Below, piece after piece: positions 20,903 through 32,639 of a stretch of 64,000 nucleotides of DNA. Positions within the stretch are counted from its first letter, which is position 1; every line of letters starts with the position of its first letter. A model generated the notes under the pieces. It was not told the origin of the DNA. It worked only from the letters and a program-made list of their open reading frames with translations, and searched no databases. A program made the position numbers and the translations under genes. The DNA is from Candidatus Poribacteria bacterium (lineage in GTDB: Bacteria; Poribacteria; WGA-4E; PCPOR2b), in NCBI GenBank assembly GCA_965218095.1, contig OZ244587.1, forward strand, positions 4,384,001 through 4,448,000. The letters are read 5' to 3'.

Positions 20903-21913
20903 CTAAGTTTTTTCTTCAACACCGGACTGATTTTCGGTTTGAGAAAGCAAGGCATCCATTAAGTCGCGAATCTGTCCCAGCCGTTTAAGTTGCTCTTCTA
21001 TCGCTTTTTGCTCATTGGCGAGCCAACTTAGCACTAGACTAATGTGGTAGATATTTTCCGCAGATGGGAATCCAAGTAATTTGGAGAGTTGACGGGTCTC
21101 TTTAACTTCAAGCTGGTGAGTCTTAACCTCCGTTTTTTTCCTTTCATCATCGATTTGACAATCAGATCCTTTTTCGATGATATGGTGTGCTCTCGTGGCT
21201 ATTTCAGTACCCCATCTTTTCGTGACGGTCTGATCAATCCAATCTTTATACTGGTCGCCTCGACGGATCGTTGTTCGATACCACCTCCGATATCGATCTC
21301 TCTCCTTTGAAAGTCGGTTAAGTTGAGTCGCTAAGAATTCTTTGATTTCCTCAGATTTGAACGATTGATCGTGGTTTCTTCTTAGTTCCGGCCCCGGCAT
21401 TTCGGTTGCAGAAAAATCACGATACCAAGTCAGTTGAACCCTTACTGCGAAGCTTTTATCCACCGAATTTAAGCAATTCACTTTGAGTTTGACGGGCTGT
21501 CCGTCGCCCGGATCAAAATCGTAATTAGGCAATGAAAAGCTAACCCACATGCGTGCTCCATATTTGGAGAGTCGCAATTTTGCTTCAAGAAACTTTGGAT
21601 CGGTATCGAGGTTGATTGTACTCAATGCTTCCAACACCTTGGTGAGTACGTCATGATGTTGAACAAGTTGATACTTTTTTGAAACAGCAGCAACTGGTAT
21701 ACGTACGCTATCCTTGGGATCAATTTCATCTCCGAGATCAACTTCATCTAAGGGGTTCCGTGATATGAGTTTTAAATATTCGTTTTCTCCCGGTCCTAAA
21801 CGAAAGTTTTTTCTCATGAAACGAGGAATATGCCGACGAAGATCGCTAATTAATCCTTCGCCTTCTTTTACTGCTCGACCGTGCCATGTTTGATCGCTCA
21901 ATCTAAGCGCCAC
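20903..21913 (-). CDS. DUF932-like protein
   Basis: VSKKYQLVQH, YGARM, NSVDKS pattern typical of DUF932 (phage/plasmid-associated). Confidence 0.65.
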   Translation of the reverse strand: MALRLSDQTWHGRAVKEGEGLISDLRRHIPRFMRKNFRLGPGENEYLKLISRNPLDEVDLGDEIDPKDSVRIPVAAVSKKYQLVQHHDVLTKVLEALSTINLDTDPKFLEAKLRLSKYGARMWVSFSLPNYDFDPGDGQPVKLKVNCLNSVDKSFAVRVQLTWYRDFSATEMPGPELRRNHDQSFKSEEIKEFLATQLNRLSKERDRYRRWYRTTIRRGDQYKDWIDQTVTKRWGTEIATRAHHIIEKGSDCQIDDERKKTEVKTHQLEVKETRQLSKLLGFPSAENIYHISLVLSWLANEQKAIEEQLKRLGQIRDLMDALLSQTENQSGVEEKT

Positions 21914-22023
21914 GCGCTGCTCCTTTCATTTGGTCATACTTAGGATATCTTCAATCTGTTCATCGCTCTTTAATCAAGGGAGTTCATAAAGCAAGGGCGG
22001 CTCGCGAGCTTGCTAAGGGAAAG

Positions 22024-23172
22024 TTAGAGGGAGTCACCCACTGTTTGTGGAACTGAAATTGGATCAGGCATGTCCCCCTCATCCTCAACTTCCAATAAGT
22101 TTTCCCCATCAACTCGCCTTCTCAGTATCGTATAGATGAGGGTATTACCGGCGGAAGCAATCGAAAACAGGTAAGCGATAACCAAACCTACGATAAATAA
22201 TAGAGACAGCGTCATAAAAATCGCAGCAATATCAAGCGTAATCGGCAAATTAGTGGGTTCAGGACCAATATCAAATACTTTGAATACCTTGAAACTGTCC
22301 ATGTATAGTAGCGCAGCGAGTTTATCAATTGAGCCGCCAAGCCACCGATCGGTCTGCCACATAATATGCTGCATATCTGTAGGAATGAGAAAGTGGATTG
22401 GCAGCATCGCTAGGGCAAATCCAGCTAGGCAAAAGAGCACCCAAATCGGCATACAGATCATTTTCACGCCAAACAGAAGGGCTTCGTAGATAACGACCCG
22501 CCACGGTTGATTCCAAATCATCGAAAAGTGCTGGTACACCGTTTCAAAGGCATCGGAATCCGCAGCCGCAACCACCGATGGCGCAAAGAACAGGCTCACT
22601 CCCAGGGTAACGAGGAGATAAGCCATCAGCAATCCGATAAAGAAGGCGAGGGGGGTCAGGATCGATGCAAGCATGACGAAGATCCGACCAACCGCTGGGA
22701 TCTCGCCGAGCAAACCGACGATAATCGGCGTTGCAACCAAAAGTACAAAAATAACAATCAGGCCCACAAAGCTTCCGAAAACCGCCTTCCAATTTTTCTT
22801 CGCAAAGCCCAGAGCTTCCTTCATTGAAAAAAAATGGTCGCCTCGCAGTTGCTGGATGGTGATCTTGGAGACCATTGTACTCGTTAAGAAGAAGAGCACG
22901 AAAAGGATAAATGTACCGAGCCACATCGCACCGATTGTAATGGCTTCAAACTCGTAATTGACGAAGGGACAAACTGGCAGTAGGGCATAGCGATCCCAGA
23001 AATGTTTAAACGCTGCACTGCCGCCTGCGACGAGCAAACTCGCATACACGAGTACTTCATAGATGAGATAAGCAAGCGCAAGCCCCAAAAAATGAACCGC
23101 GATCTTCTTGCCACTAAAGGCGTAACGTCCAGCTCGGAAAATGTCTCGAAAATCAAAGTGTAATTCTGCCAT
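22024..23172 (-). CDS. Hypothetical integral membrane protein
   Basis: 382-aa ORF with about 7 hydrophobic segments. Confidence 0.8.
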   Translation of the reverse strand: MAELHFDFRDIFRAGRYAFSGKKIAVHFLGLALAYLIYEVLVYASLLVAGGSAAFKHFWDRYALLPVCPFVNYEFEAITIGAMWLGTFILFVLFFLTSTMVSKITIQQLRGDHFFSMKEALGFAKKNWKAVFGSFVGLIVIFVLLVATPIIVGLLGEIPAVGRIFVMLASILTPLAFFIGLLMAYLLVTLGVSLFFAPSVVAAADSDAFETVYQHFSMIWNQPWRVVIYEALLFGVKMICMPIWVLFCLAGFALAMLPIHFLIPTDMQHIMWQTDRWLGGSIDKLAALLYMDSFKVFKVFDIGPEPTNLPITLDIAAIFMTLSLLFIVGLVIAYLFSIASAGNTLIYTILRRRVDGENLLEVEDEGDMPDPISVPQTVGDSL

Positions 23173-23479
23173 TTACTTCACCCAATTGAGAGAAATCAAC
23201 AGATTTCGATATTGTATAGAATTTAGTTTGACAGGCCCAAAAATTTGAGCGGCTATATGATACATCAATTGCGATCTTCTGTCAACAATAACTTCTGTTA
23301 AAGACATTGACTCTGAGTATACTTTTGTGACACACTAATTTTAAACTTTGGACCAATCAATTTTTTATCCGCGAATCTTCACAAGTGAGAATTAAAGATT
23401 CATGTCTATTGGCGTTATTCGCCAATGAATTCAAAAGCGCAGTTTATGCCGTTGCACAGTATATTCGGACTTCAAGAAG

Positions 23480-24164
23480 CAGATTGAATCATCTCAGCAG
23501 GAATCTTTTGAGGCGTGGGACGATTACATTTTTATCGGAGAAACCGAGCGTGAGGTGCTGATCTATATTTCGATCGAATATCAATCAACACCAAGTCCGG
23601 GGGTTTCGGCTCTCCTTCTACATGCACCAGATTTGTGATAGGCAACGGCGAGAATGGGTTGAGAAAAACATCCCCGAACATCAGTGGCGTTTCCGCCCGA
23701 TCTTACCGATTCTCTTTTACACAGGAAAGACACCATGGGAAATGCCTCTGGCGATCTCCGCTCTGATGAATCTCCCCCGTGAACTTGAGCTGTTTGTGCC
23801 GCATCATCAGACCCTATTCTTCAATCTCAAGGAGACACCCCTTCAGAACATTTCGGAGATTGATCAACTCAATACACTCTTGGATCTTTTCGTAACAGCA
23901 AACAGCTCTGAGGAAATCAGTATCGAGTGAGGAGGCAGCAACATGGGATAGACCACTGCTCAAGCACTCATCCAAGAAGGATGGGAATCGGAAGTCATCA
24001 AAGCCAAACAGGAAGATTTGATGACTTTGTTGCAGGTCAAGTTTGAGCAACTTCCTCAAGATCTCATTGAGCGGATTCAGGCAACTCGGACAACAAATCA
24101 ACTTGACACAATGTTTCGGCAGTCTGTTACAGCAACAAGTCTTGACGAAATAGAAATCAAGTGA
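23480..24164 (+). pseudogene. Rpn/YhgA-like (PD-(D/E)XK) protein remnant with DUF4351-like tail
   Basis: VLIYISIEYQSTP, PILPILFYTGKTPW, and MG*TTAQALIQEG...LLQVKFEQLP. Stops and frameshifts. Left boundary approximate. Confidence 0.7.
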
Positions 24165-24257
24165 GAAATTGGTAAACATCAGCAGACAATTGCTCAAACA
24201 TTGTTAACCTAGTCAAGACACAGCGTATCATAACAATCCTAAGGAGGTAAAGAAATC

Positions 24258-26449
24258 ATGCGGAAATTTGTCTGGTGCGTCGCTGCGATTGTGGTCCTGA
24301 TCGGATCTGTCAGTATCGCACACACAACAACAGCAGAATCTGTTCCACGATTTCTCAATGACATCGCCCCGATCCTTGATAAAAATGGGTGTTCAACAGC
24401 GCTCTGTCATGGTAAATTTGGTGGACAGGGTGGATTTGATCTCTCTTTGTTGACTTTGAATCCTGAGTCTGACCACCAGCCAATTGTCTACGACAGCCGC
24501 GGGAGGCGGGTGAACCTGATTGAACCCGAAAGAAGTTTGTTCCTGCTGAAACCGACCGAGCAGGTAAGCCACGAAGGCGGCATGCGTTTTACCCTCAATT
24601 CAGATGAATATCTCACCATCCTGCGCTGGCTTGAAGCCGGTGCGCCTTTCTCCCCTTCGGATCCGCGTTTGGAGCGTCTGGAAACGCGTCCAGGTGAATT
24701 TTTTTGCCAAAAGTTGGGGATATGCAGCAACTCCAGGTGTTAGCCTATTTCACCGATGGTTCTATTGAGGATGTCACTCATAAAGCGGTTTACGAATCCA
24801 GCGATGAACCGATCGCGGAAGTGACCGAAGGTGGACTCGTTACAAGCGTGCGTTGGGGTGGCACGGCGATCCTTGCCCGTTTTTTAGGTGTTGTCTCTGC
24901 TACATTCTTGACGATTCCACGCGATAGCCAGATCGACGTTTATCCAGAATTTCCAGCAAACAACTTTATTGATGAGTTTGTTACAGCCAAGCTGAAAAAA
25001 CTGAATATTCTCCCATCGGAGTTGTCAACCGATGAAGAGTTCATTCGGCGGGTTTATCTGGATACAATCGGTCAGTTGCCGTCCCCGAACGAAGTTAAAG
25101 CATTTGTCGAAAATAGTGATGTAAACAAAAGAACAGTGTTGATCGATGAACTCTTAGCGCGCCCCGAATTTGTTAATCTCCGCACATTACGGATCGCCGA
25201 CCTGCTGCGTTGTCATCCTCGCCAATTGGGTAACGGCGCATTCGGTGAACGGGGGGCGACGCTTTTCCATGAGTGGATTCGGCACAGCGTCATGCAGAAT
25301 CAGCTTTATGATCAATTTGTTCGAGAGATTATTACCGCGCGGGGCAGCACCTATCAGGTGGGCCCGGCAAACTACTACCGTATTGAGGGCAGTCCCGACG
25401 GTCGTGCTGAAACAACCGCACAAGCCTTCTTGGGTATTCGTATGACCTGTGCGCGATGCCATAAGCACCCCTTCAATCGCTGGACAACCGACGATTACTG
25501 GAACTTTGCGGCTTTCACCGGCAAAGTCGGTATTCGCGGCGGCGAACTTTACGACGAGCGGGTGATCTACTACAATCCAACGGGTCTGGTGATTAATCAG
25601 TCGGTGCTTGGAAATCGGGGAGAGGTAGCGGCGCCAACGTTCCTCGGCGGCGATGTGGTGAATCGAAATTATCAAGGAGACTATCTGGAATTACTCGCAA
25701 ACTGGATGACTTCTCCGACGAACCCTTACTTCGCTAAGGCGACCGCGAATCGCCTCTGGAGCTACTACTTCGGCCGAGGAATTATTCACCCCGTTGACGA
25801 TATGCGTGAAACAACCCCTGCGACAGTCGAAGGACTGCTCGAAGCGCTGGCTGATGAATTTGTGCGAAGTGGATTCGATACCAAACACATTATCAGGTTC
25901 ATCCTGAATTCGCGGACATATCAACTGTCATCTGTCTCGAATGAAACAAATGAACTCGATGATCGCTTTTTCTCCCATTTCTATCCCCGACCGATCCTCG
26001 CTCAGGTCCTTCTTGATGCCCTGAATGATGTAACGGGGACACAGGAGAAGTTTGGACGCTATCCGGGTCACATGCGGGCCGTCCAGTTGCCCTTACCGGT
26101 GAGTTCGCGGTTTCTTTCGCTTTTCGGCCGATCGAATCGGGAGTTCCTCGCGGAGCTTGAACCGAAGCTTGAGCCGACCCTCACGCAGGCGCTGCACATG
26201 ATTAATTCCCATTATATCAACAATAAGATCCGTGCCGGCAACGGGACGATCGCGCGTTTGGTGGAGTCAGATCTGACTGATGCACAGATCATTCAAGTCC
26301 TCTACCTGCGGACGCTGAGTCGCACCCCTTCACCGACAGAGCTCGCTGAAGCAAAAAAATACATCGCTGAGAGCCTGTCACGTCGGGAAGGTTTTGAAGA
26401 TCTACTCTGGGCGCTGATTTCGTCCAGAAGTTTTCTGTTTATTAGCTAA
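24258..26449 (+). pseudogene. Planctomycete-type DUF1549/DUF1553 protein with Ig-like domain, frameshifted near 24700
   Basis: Signal peptide, GCSTALCHG, NNFIDEFV, DEEFIRRVYLD, CARCHKHPF, ANRLWSYYFGRGI. Frame change at the T7 run (24699-24705). Confidence 0.85.
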
Positions 26450-26532
26450 GGTGTTAGGCCTCAGATGTTAATCATTTTCTAATACCTGATAACCTGAGTC
26501 CTAATGCCACTTACATGAGAGGTGATGATGCC

Positions 26533-27848
26533 ATGAAACGGAGAGATTTTACACACTGCACAGATTGTGAAGGATTTTACCGCCGCGACTTTCTCAAAGT
26601 CGGTGTCCTCGGATTGTTCTTGGGGTAGCGGATCTCTTTCGATTACAAGCAATCGCTGGGGGCGCAGATCAGAAAGACAGCACAGCACAGTCGGTTATTC
26701 TGATTTGGATGGGCGGCGGCCCAAGCCACCTGGACCTGTGGGACCTGAAGCCTGATGCTCCCGAAGAAATCCGTGGGCTGTTCAACCCGATTAAGACAAA
26801 TGTCCCCGGCATCAAGATCTGTGAGCACATGCCGAAACTCGCCAAACAGGTGGATAAGATCTGCCTCATCCGATCCATGACCTCACCGGAGGCAGCGCAT
26901 GAACGCGGCACCCATTATATGATGACAGGCTTTCAGCCGTTGCCCGGCTTTGCTGTACCGAGCTATGGTTCCGTCGTTGCAAAGCTGAAAGGCTCATTAA
27001 GTGCTTTGCCGCCCTACATTGCGGTTCCCTCTCCGGTTGCGTATGGTGGTGCAGGATTTCTTGGCGCTGCGCTAGATCCATTCTCACCCGGAGGAAACCC
27101 GGCGGAGCAGAACTTCAAAGTGCGCGATCTTCAGCCGCCGCGTGGAATTTCAATGGAGCGGGTGGATCGGCGTCGCTCACTGCGCCAGGCAGTTGATGCG
27201 GCATTCAAAAAGTACGAAACCGCTGGCGATCGCGCGCAAGCGACCGATGAGTTCTACACGGCTGCTTATGACCTGATCAGCTCATCCGAAGCCCGTGCTG
27301 CATTTAATCTCAAGGGTGAACTTGGGAAGATCAGAAATGCCTATCGGCACGATGGGTTTGGGCAAAGCTGCCTGCTGGCTAGAAGGCTTGTGGAAGCTGG
27401 CGTCCGCTTCGTCACAGTCAATATCGGTGGCTGGGACAACCACAATAATATCTTTTCAGCACTGCGTGGCAGGCTTGGCAGTTTTGATCAGACGGTCGCT
27501 GCGCTGATCCATGACCTCTCGGATCGGGGCATCCTTGAGCGCACACTGGTGATCGCTATGGGTGAATTTGGTCGCACGCCAACCATCAACCGTGATGCTG
27601 GCCGAGACCATCATTCGCGTGTATTCTCGCTGATGTTGGCGGGCGGTGGAATCAAAGGTGGGCAAGTGATCGGATCGTCAGATTCGCGCGGTATGGAGCC
27701 TGCCGAGCCCCCCGTTCATCCCGAAGATCTCTCCGCGACCATCTATCACTGTCTCGGGATCGATTACAACCAGAGCATCGAATCGCCTGAAGGGGTTCGG
27801 ATTGTCCTCTCGCGTGGCGGAAAACCGATTCGTGGGGTGTTGAGTTGA
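26533..27848 (+). pseudogene. DUF1501 family protein (Tat-type leader), 5' part disrupted
   Basis: ATG 26533 MKRRDF...RRDFLKVG, then a stop. Resumes MGGGPSHLDLWDLKP, CLLARRLVEAGVRFV, GEFGRTP, GRDH. Confidence 0.85.
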
Positions 27849-28026
27849 GTGGCGAAAGTAAGACAAGATGCCATTTCGTCGCACGCCGTGGGAACTCTTC
27901 GATGAACCTCAAGCAAACAACGCTTTGCAACACGCGTATAAGGCGGTTCAGAATACCGAGCATGTTGTGGAAGACTTTTATCCAACCCCGCCTTCATCGC
28001 CCATGCCAATTTTGGGGAGTATTATA

Positions 28027-29090
28027 ATGGAAGTAAACAGATCCCGCATCGCGCTTCACACCTTGTCTCTCCTTCTGTTTGTATCCCCGTCGCTCTTTGG
28101 GCTTTTGATTTTCACGCCTCCCCTTCACGCTGACAGCTCAACCTCGCCAATCTGGTCAATCCAATTCAGCCTAGATGGGAAGCATCTCGCGGTTGGACTT
28201 TATCAATGGGTACAACTGTGGGATATTCAAGCCCGCAAAGTCATTCGCGACTTCGAACCGCACGCTGACGCTGTGCGATGTCTGAAATTTTCGAGCGATG
28301 GCAAAGTCCTATTTGCCGGGGGCGGATTGCCCGCCCAGGAGGGTGAAATCAAAATCTGGGATGTCGAATCGGGCAATCTCATCAATACCCTCGAAATTCA
28401 TGCCGACACGATTGAAGCGATAGCCTTGCATCCCGACGGTTCAGAACTTCTGACTGCGGGGATGGATGAACAGGTTTTGGTTGTCTCCTCGCCGGAAGGC
28501 GAAGTCGAACAAACGCTGACGCAACATGTGGGTCGTATATTAGCTGTCGATTATCGGTCGGATGGAAAGTATTTTGTGACAGGCAGCGCAGATAAAACGG
28601 TGAAGGTATGGAACCCACAGACATACAATGTCCTCGTCAATTTCGAGTCCTCGTCAATTTCGACCAGAATGATGATGCCGTGTTTTCTGTCGCCTTTGCG
28701 CCGCAGGAGAATATGATTGTCTCCGGTTCAGCGGATAATGCTGTCCGTTCTTGGCGGATCGCTGAATCACGAGGGGAGTTAGGACGGATCGAAACACGCG
28801 GTGCGCTTGTCCGTGTCTACAACGGACATGAGCAACCTGTTTACGCTGTTGACTGCGGTCGGCAAGGAAATCAGGTGACTATCGTCTCCGGCAGCGCAGA
28901 CCGGTCAGTTATTGTCTGGGATCTCCGATCCGGTAACCGGTTGGTGACTTTTGAGCAACCCACTGATGAGGTGTACGCCGTTGATCTGAGTCCGGATAGT
29001 CGATTCGTCGCCGCGGGTGGACGAGATGGACGGGCACGGATCTGGGATTTAGCCAGCCGAGAGATGATAGCCGAACTGTTAGAAGAGTAG
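28027..29090 (+). pseudogene. Secreted WD40-repeat protein, frameshifted by a 17-bp tandem duplication
   Basis: WD repeats in both frames. GTCCTCGTCAATTTCGA duplicated at 28630-28646 and 28647-28663. Confidence 0.88.
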
Positions 29091-29137
29091 CATCAATGAT
29101 GCTTGGGGAGAGATTCTATCCGATTTATTAGTTTCCT

Positions 29138-29662
29138 TCAGTTTTCCATTGATTCCTTTTTGCCCGTCTCAGATCCGTTGTAATCCCAGGAGACATCCAG
29201 ACGTGGGTTTTTAGGGTGTCTGAACTGAATCACCCATCCCCAGAACTGAGCGTTCTCAAGAAAACGCGGATAGTAGTGGACATAGTAAGCGGTCTGATCC
29301 GTTTGCGGATAGACCAAACGGAACACTTTCTGCTCTTTAACGAGTTCATATTCTTTGAGAATTTCACGATTCTTCAGAATATCTTCAACCTGCTCTTGCA
29401 TCCGCTGTGGTTTTTCATCGGGATGAAAATATCCCTGTGTGATTAACTGTGACTGAAAATCCGCGATAACGTGTCGAAAATCTTTCAGCGCATGGGGAAT
29501 TTCAAGTAACTTTGCGGCTGCATACGCTTTGGTATGCGGCGTCTCTTGACAAACTTTATCAAGTTGAGTTAACAGGTCATCTGCCTGGGCTTTGGTATCC
29601 AGGTCATTACTAGTTTTGGAATCTTGCATGATGTATCCTCCAGTTTCAAGAACAATGTCCAA
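29138..29662 (-). CDS. Hypothetical protein
   Basis: 174-aa ORF with globular composition and no recognised motif. Confidence 0.6.
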   Translation of the reverse strand: MDIVLETGGYIMQDSKTSNDLDTKAQADDLLTQLDKVCQETPHTKAYAAAKLLEIPHALKDFRHVIADFQSQLITQGYFHPDEKPQRMQEQVEDILKNREILKEYELVKEQKVFRLVYPQTDQTAYYVHYYPRFLENAQFWGWVIQFRHPKNPRLDVSWDYNGSETGKKESMEN

Positions 29663-29872
29663 ATAGGTTTGATCAATGTCATCTCTACTTTCACAACGTA
29701 AGTGAGCAAGATCCCGTTTCTGGATTTCATCTCAAAGCCTATATGCCTATATGCCTATCATGAATTTGTGAATTGATGCTTGGAATTGCGGACCAAGATG
29801 CGGCACGGAAAGGATATTCTTCCTTTCCATCCATTCCTCCGTTCCTTACGAGCTTTATAACAAACTGCAAAC

Positions 29873-31126
29873 CTAAATCACCTCCAGCACTTTGTCACGG
29901 AATCGTTCATAAGCGAGCGCCGCACCGGCGATGTTTCCACCGGCAGGACCAAGCTGGAGTTGCGCAATGACGCCAGACCCAAACAGATTTTCGACGGGGT
30001 ATAGTTGCAGATTGTCATCAAGCAGGGGCAAACTGTGCAAAGTCGGTAGCTTGTGTCGTTCGACCAGGTCGGATAGAAATGTGCAGCGACGAAAATTAAA
30101 TCGATAGCCGGTGGCAAGGATGACGAGCTCCACCATTTCAACTGTTCCCTGAGTCGTATCGACTTGCAGCCAATCCGCTGAATTGGGTTGATCGATGCAG
30201 TGGACACTCGCACCAGCATAGAGCGCAAAGTCGCCTGGCTTTTCCACAGCGTACTTCGTCAGTGTCTCGACAATCTCTGGCGTTACGCTCCCTTCGCCCC
30301 TTGCTTGCTGGATGGCTTTGTACCGTTTTTCCCAATCCGGTTCATTCCTGAAATTGTGTAGATATTTGGGGCCAAGCCATAGGGGGTCAAAATCGAACTG
30401 CTGTCTTTTCAATGGCTTCCGCGTCACCAAGGCCACCTGTGATCCTTCCTCAACGAGGTTTTTTGCAAGTGTTCCAGCTGTCAACCCGCCCCCGATAATG
30501 ACAATCCTCTGTTTTCTTTGTAAGGAGGAAGTTCCCGAACGCCGTTGTGATAGTGTGTGCAGATCAAAATCGTGTGAGTGGAGAATACGGATGGGAAAGC
30601 GGCGCAGCCAGGGCATGAATTCCGGGGGGATATACGGACAGTCATCAGCGCCAATTGCGAGAATGACGCACCGTGCCCGAAAACCTTCATCGCACGACGA
30701 AGTGATACGGAACGGAAATTTCCCACTGCCTTTGTCCCAGCGCAGTTTGGCGACATCAAAATGGCAGCATAATAGATCAATTCCCTGCCGCTCAATTTCG
30801 CCGTGACAAAACTCCCGAAAGAGCGCTATAGACGGCTGCGAGTAGGACGCCGAGAGTTCATTGATACGGTTACGACTCCTTGCATACTCGACAATTCCTA
30901 GCGGATCGGTGCTGATATGATGCACGACAGGGGACCGCAGAAATGCCATTCCCTGGCCTTCTGTCTTTCGCTGCCACGCCGTTAAAGGGTGTGGATCGCG
31001 ATCCAGAATGACGAGATGCTTCTTCGCATTCGGCGCATCACGAATTAGTCGCATAGCGATGGATACACCGTGTATGCCGCTGCCGATGATTACAATTGGG
31101 ATATTTTGATGGCTGAGGTTTAACAT
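29873..31126 (-). CDS. FAD/NAD(P)-dependent oxidoreductase (N-hydroxylase-like fold)
   Basis: IIGSGIHG, LRSP, IIGGGLTA, ILATGY. ATG 31126 preferred because the longer start crosses a hairpin. Confidence 0.82.
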   Translation of the reverse strand: MLNLSHQNIPIVIIGSGIHGVSIAMRLIRDAPNAKKHLVILDRDPHPLTAWQRKTEGQGMAFLRSPVVHHISTDPLGIVEYARSRNRINELSASYSQPSIALFREFCHGEIERQGIDLLCCHFDVAKLRWDKGSGKFPFRITSSCDEGFRARCVILAIGADDCPYIPPEFMPWLRRFPIRILHSHDFDLHTLSQRRSGTSSLQRKQRIVIIGGGLTAGTLAKNLVEEGSQVALVTRKPLKRQQFDFDPLWLGPKYLHNFRNEPDWEKRYKAIQQARGEGSVTPEIVETLTKYAVEKPGDFALYAGASVHCIDQPNSADWLQVDTTQGTVEMVELVILATGYRFNFRRCTFLSDLVERHKLPTLHSLPLLDDNLQLYPVENLFGSGVIAQLQLGPAGGNIAGAALAYERFRDKVLEVI

Positions 31127-31190
31127 TCTTTCGTAGCGTGGGATTCCATCTCGCTGTATTTTAGCGAAGGAATGAGAGAAACAAAGGCGC

Positions 31191-31224
31191 AAAAAGCCCG
31201 GCAGGACGTTTCCTGCCGGGCTTA
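31191..31224 (-). terminator. Intrinsic terminator-like hairpin
   Basis: AAAAAGCCCGGCAGGA-CGTT-TCCTGCCGGGCTT, with a T-tract on the minus strand. Confidence 0.6.
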
Positions 31225-31449
31225 TTAGCATGAGAATTTGCTCTGCTTTCTAGTGGTCTGTCAACCGTTAAATTGATGGATGGGAGGGCGAGGCTCCCCT
31301 CAATGAATCGGGGCAGAGCCTACTCCAATCCTTCGGAATTCGCTTTGCGGACTCTCGAAACGGAGCTGTGCTCGTCCGAGAATCGGACCAAGCCAGATCG
31401 GTTGGGTTCGGTCCGATTCTCGTCGGATACATTCAGTCTGATTTGGATA

Positions 31450-32606
31450 GCCCGAATTTGATCCGCAAGATTTTGTCGTCGCGGGGACGGAGTACCGCTC
31501 GACTGTCGGTGTTACTGGTACAGACATACAAGTGCCCATCCGGTCCCACGGTCACATCTCGAAGCCGACCGTAAATCCCGGCAGAGGGCGTCAGGGCAAA
31601 CCAGCGCTCAATCCGGCGAACCTCATAATTCTTCCCGAACTGTATCCGCATTAGGGACTAGCTACCCAGCGTTGCTACATACAGATCGCCCCGATAGAAA
31701 GTCATCCCAGCCGGCGGCACGGACTGATTTTTCCACATCGCGATCGGATTCTGGTATTTGGAAATGTGAGGCGCGCCCACCACTTCCGGCCATCCGTAGT
31801 TCTTGCCTGCGATGACACGGTTGATTTCATCCCGGTGCTTCGCCTTCCCTTTCGCCTCAGCGCCGGAGGGCCCGTGCTCGGAATTGAACAAGGCCCCAGT
31901 TGCCGGGTCCCAGGCCAGCCCCTGTACCACCCGATGGCCGTACGAGTAAACCGGGGAATTCGGAAAGGGGTTGTCCGCCGGAATGTTCCCTTCTGGGGTG
32001 AGCCGAAGGATTTTGCCGACCAACGAGTTGAGATCTTGCGAGATGGGGGGGCTATTGGTATCTCCAGTCCCATAGAGCATGTCATCTGGCCCGAAAGCGA
32101 TGCGTCCACTAATGTGGGCTTGATTGCTTGGAATCCGGTCAAAGATCACGCGGTTAAATGTCCTGCTTTTTCCCAGGTGTTTCAGGCGGATGATCCGGGT
32201 GTACAATTGATCTTTCTCACGGTAGACGTGCATGACGTAAACGGCTCTGGCTCAAATGCCGGATGGAGCGCCATCCCCATTAAGCCACCATTACCCTCAT
32301 GTATCACGTCTATTTTGGCATACAAGGTCGGCTCAGATGTCCCTTGAGTAATACGCCGGATACTGCCCGGTTGTTCAGCAACCAGGGCATCCCTGTTTGG
32401 TAAGAACACCAGGGACCAGGGGATGCTCAAGGTCTCCACCTCGATTCCCTCCACCTTCGGCAGGTAGACATCTTCCACTGTTTGGAGCACCTCTCCACGG
32501 ATGGGTAGTTGACCTGTCGCGGTAGTGCAATTGAGTAGTATCAAACAACAGGTGACCCAGCAACGCTTATCAAGTGGAAATCTCCTCTCAGTGTAGAACG
32601 TGCACA
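31450..32606 (-). pseudogene. PQQ-dependent glucose/sorbosone dehydrogenase family, multiple frameshifts
   Basis: IPWSLVFLP, GGLMGMALHP, GRIAFGPD, YSYGHRVVQGLAWDP, NYGWP, GRLRDVTVGPDG spread over three ORFs. Boundaries approximate. Confidence 0.85.
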
Positions 32607-32639
32607 TTCGGATTCTCCTTGCTTCCGAGCAATAGTATA

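Noticed and set aside
31256-31455. Possible MITE with internal inverted repeat
   Set aside because: A hairpin is present but the ends match poorly and no target duplication was found.
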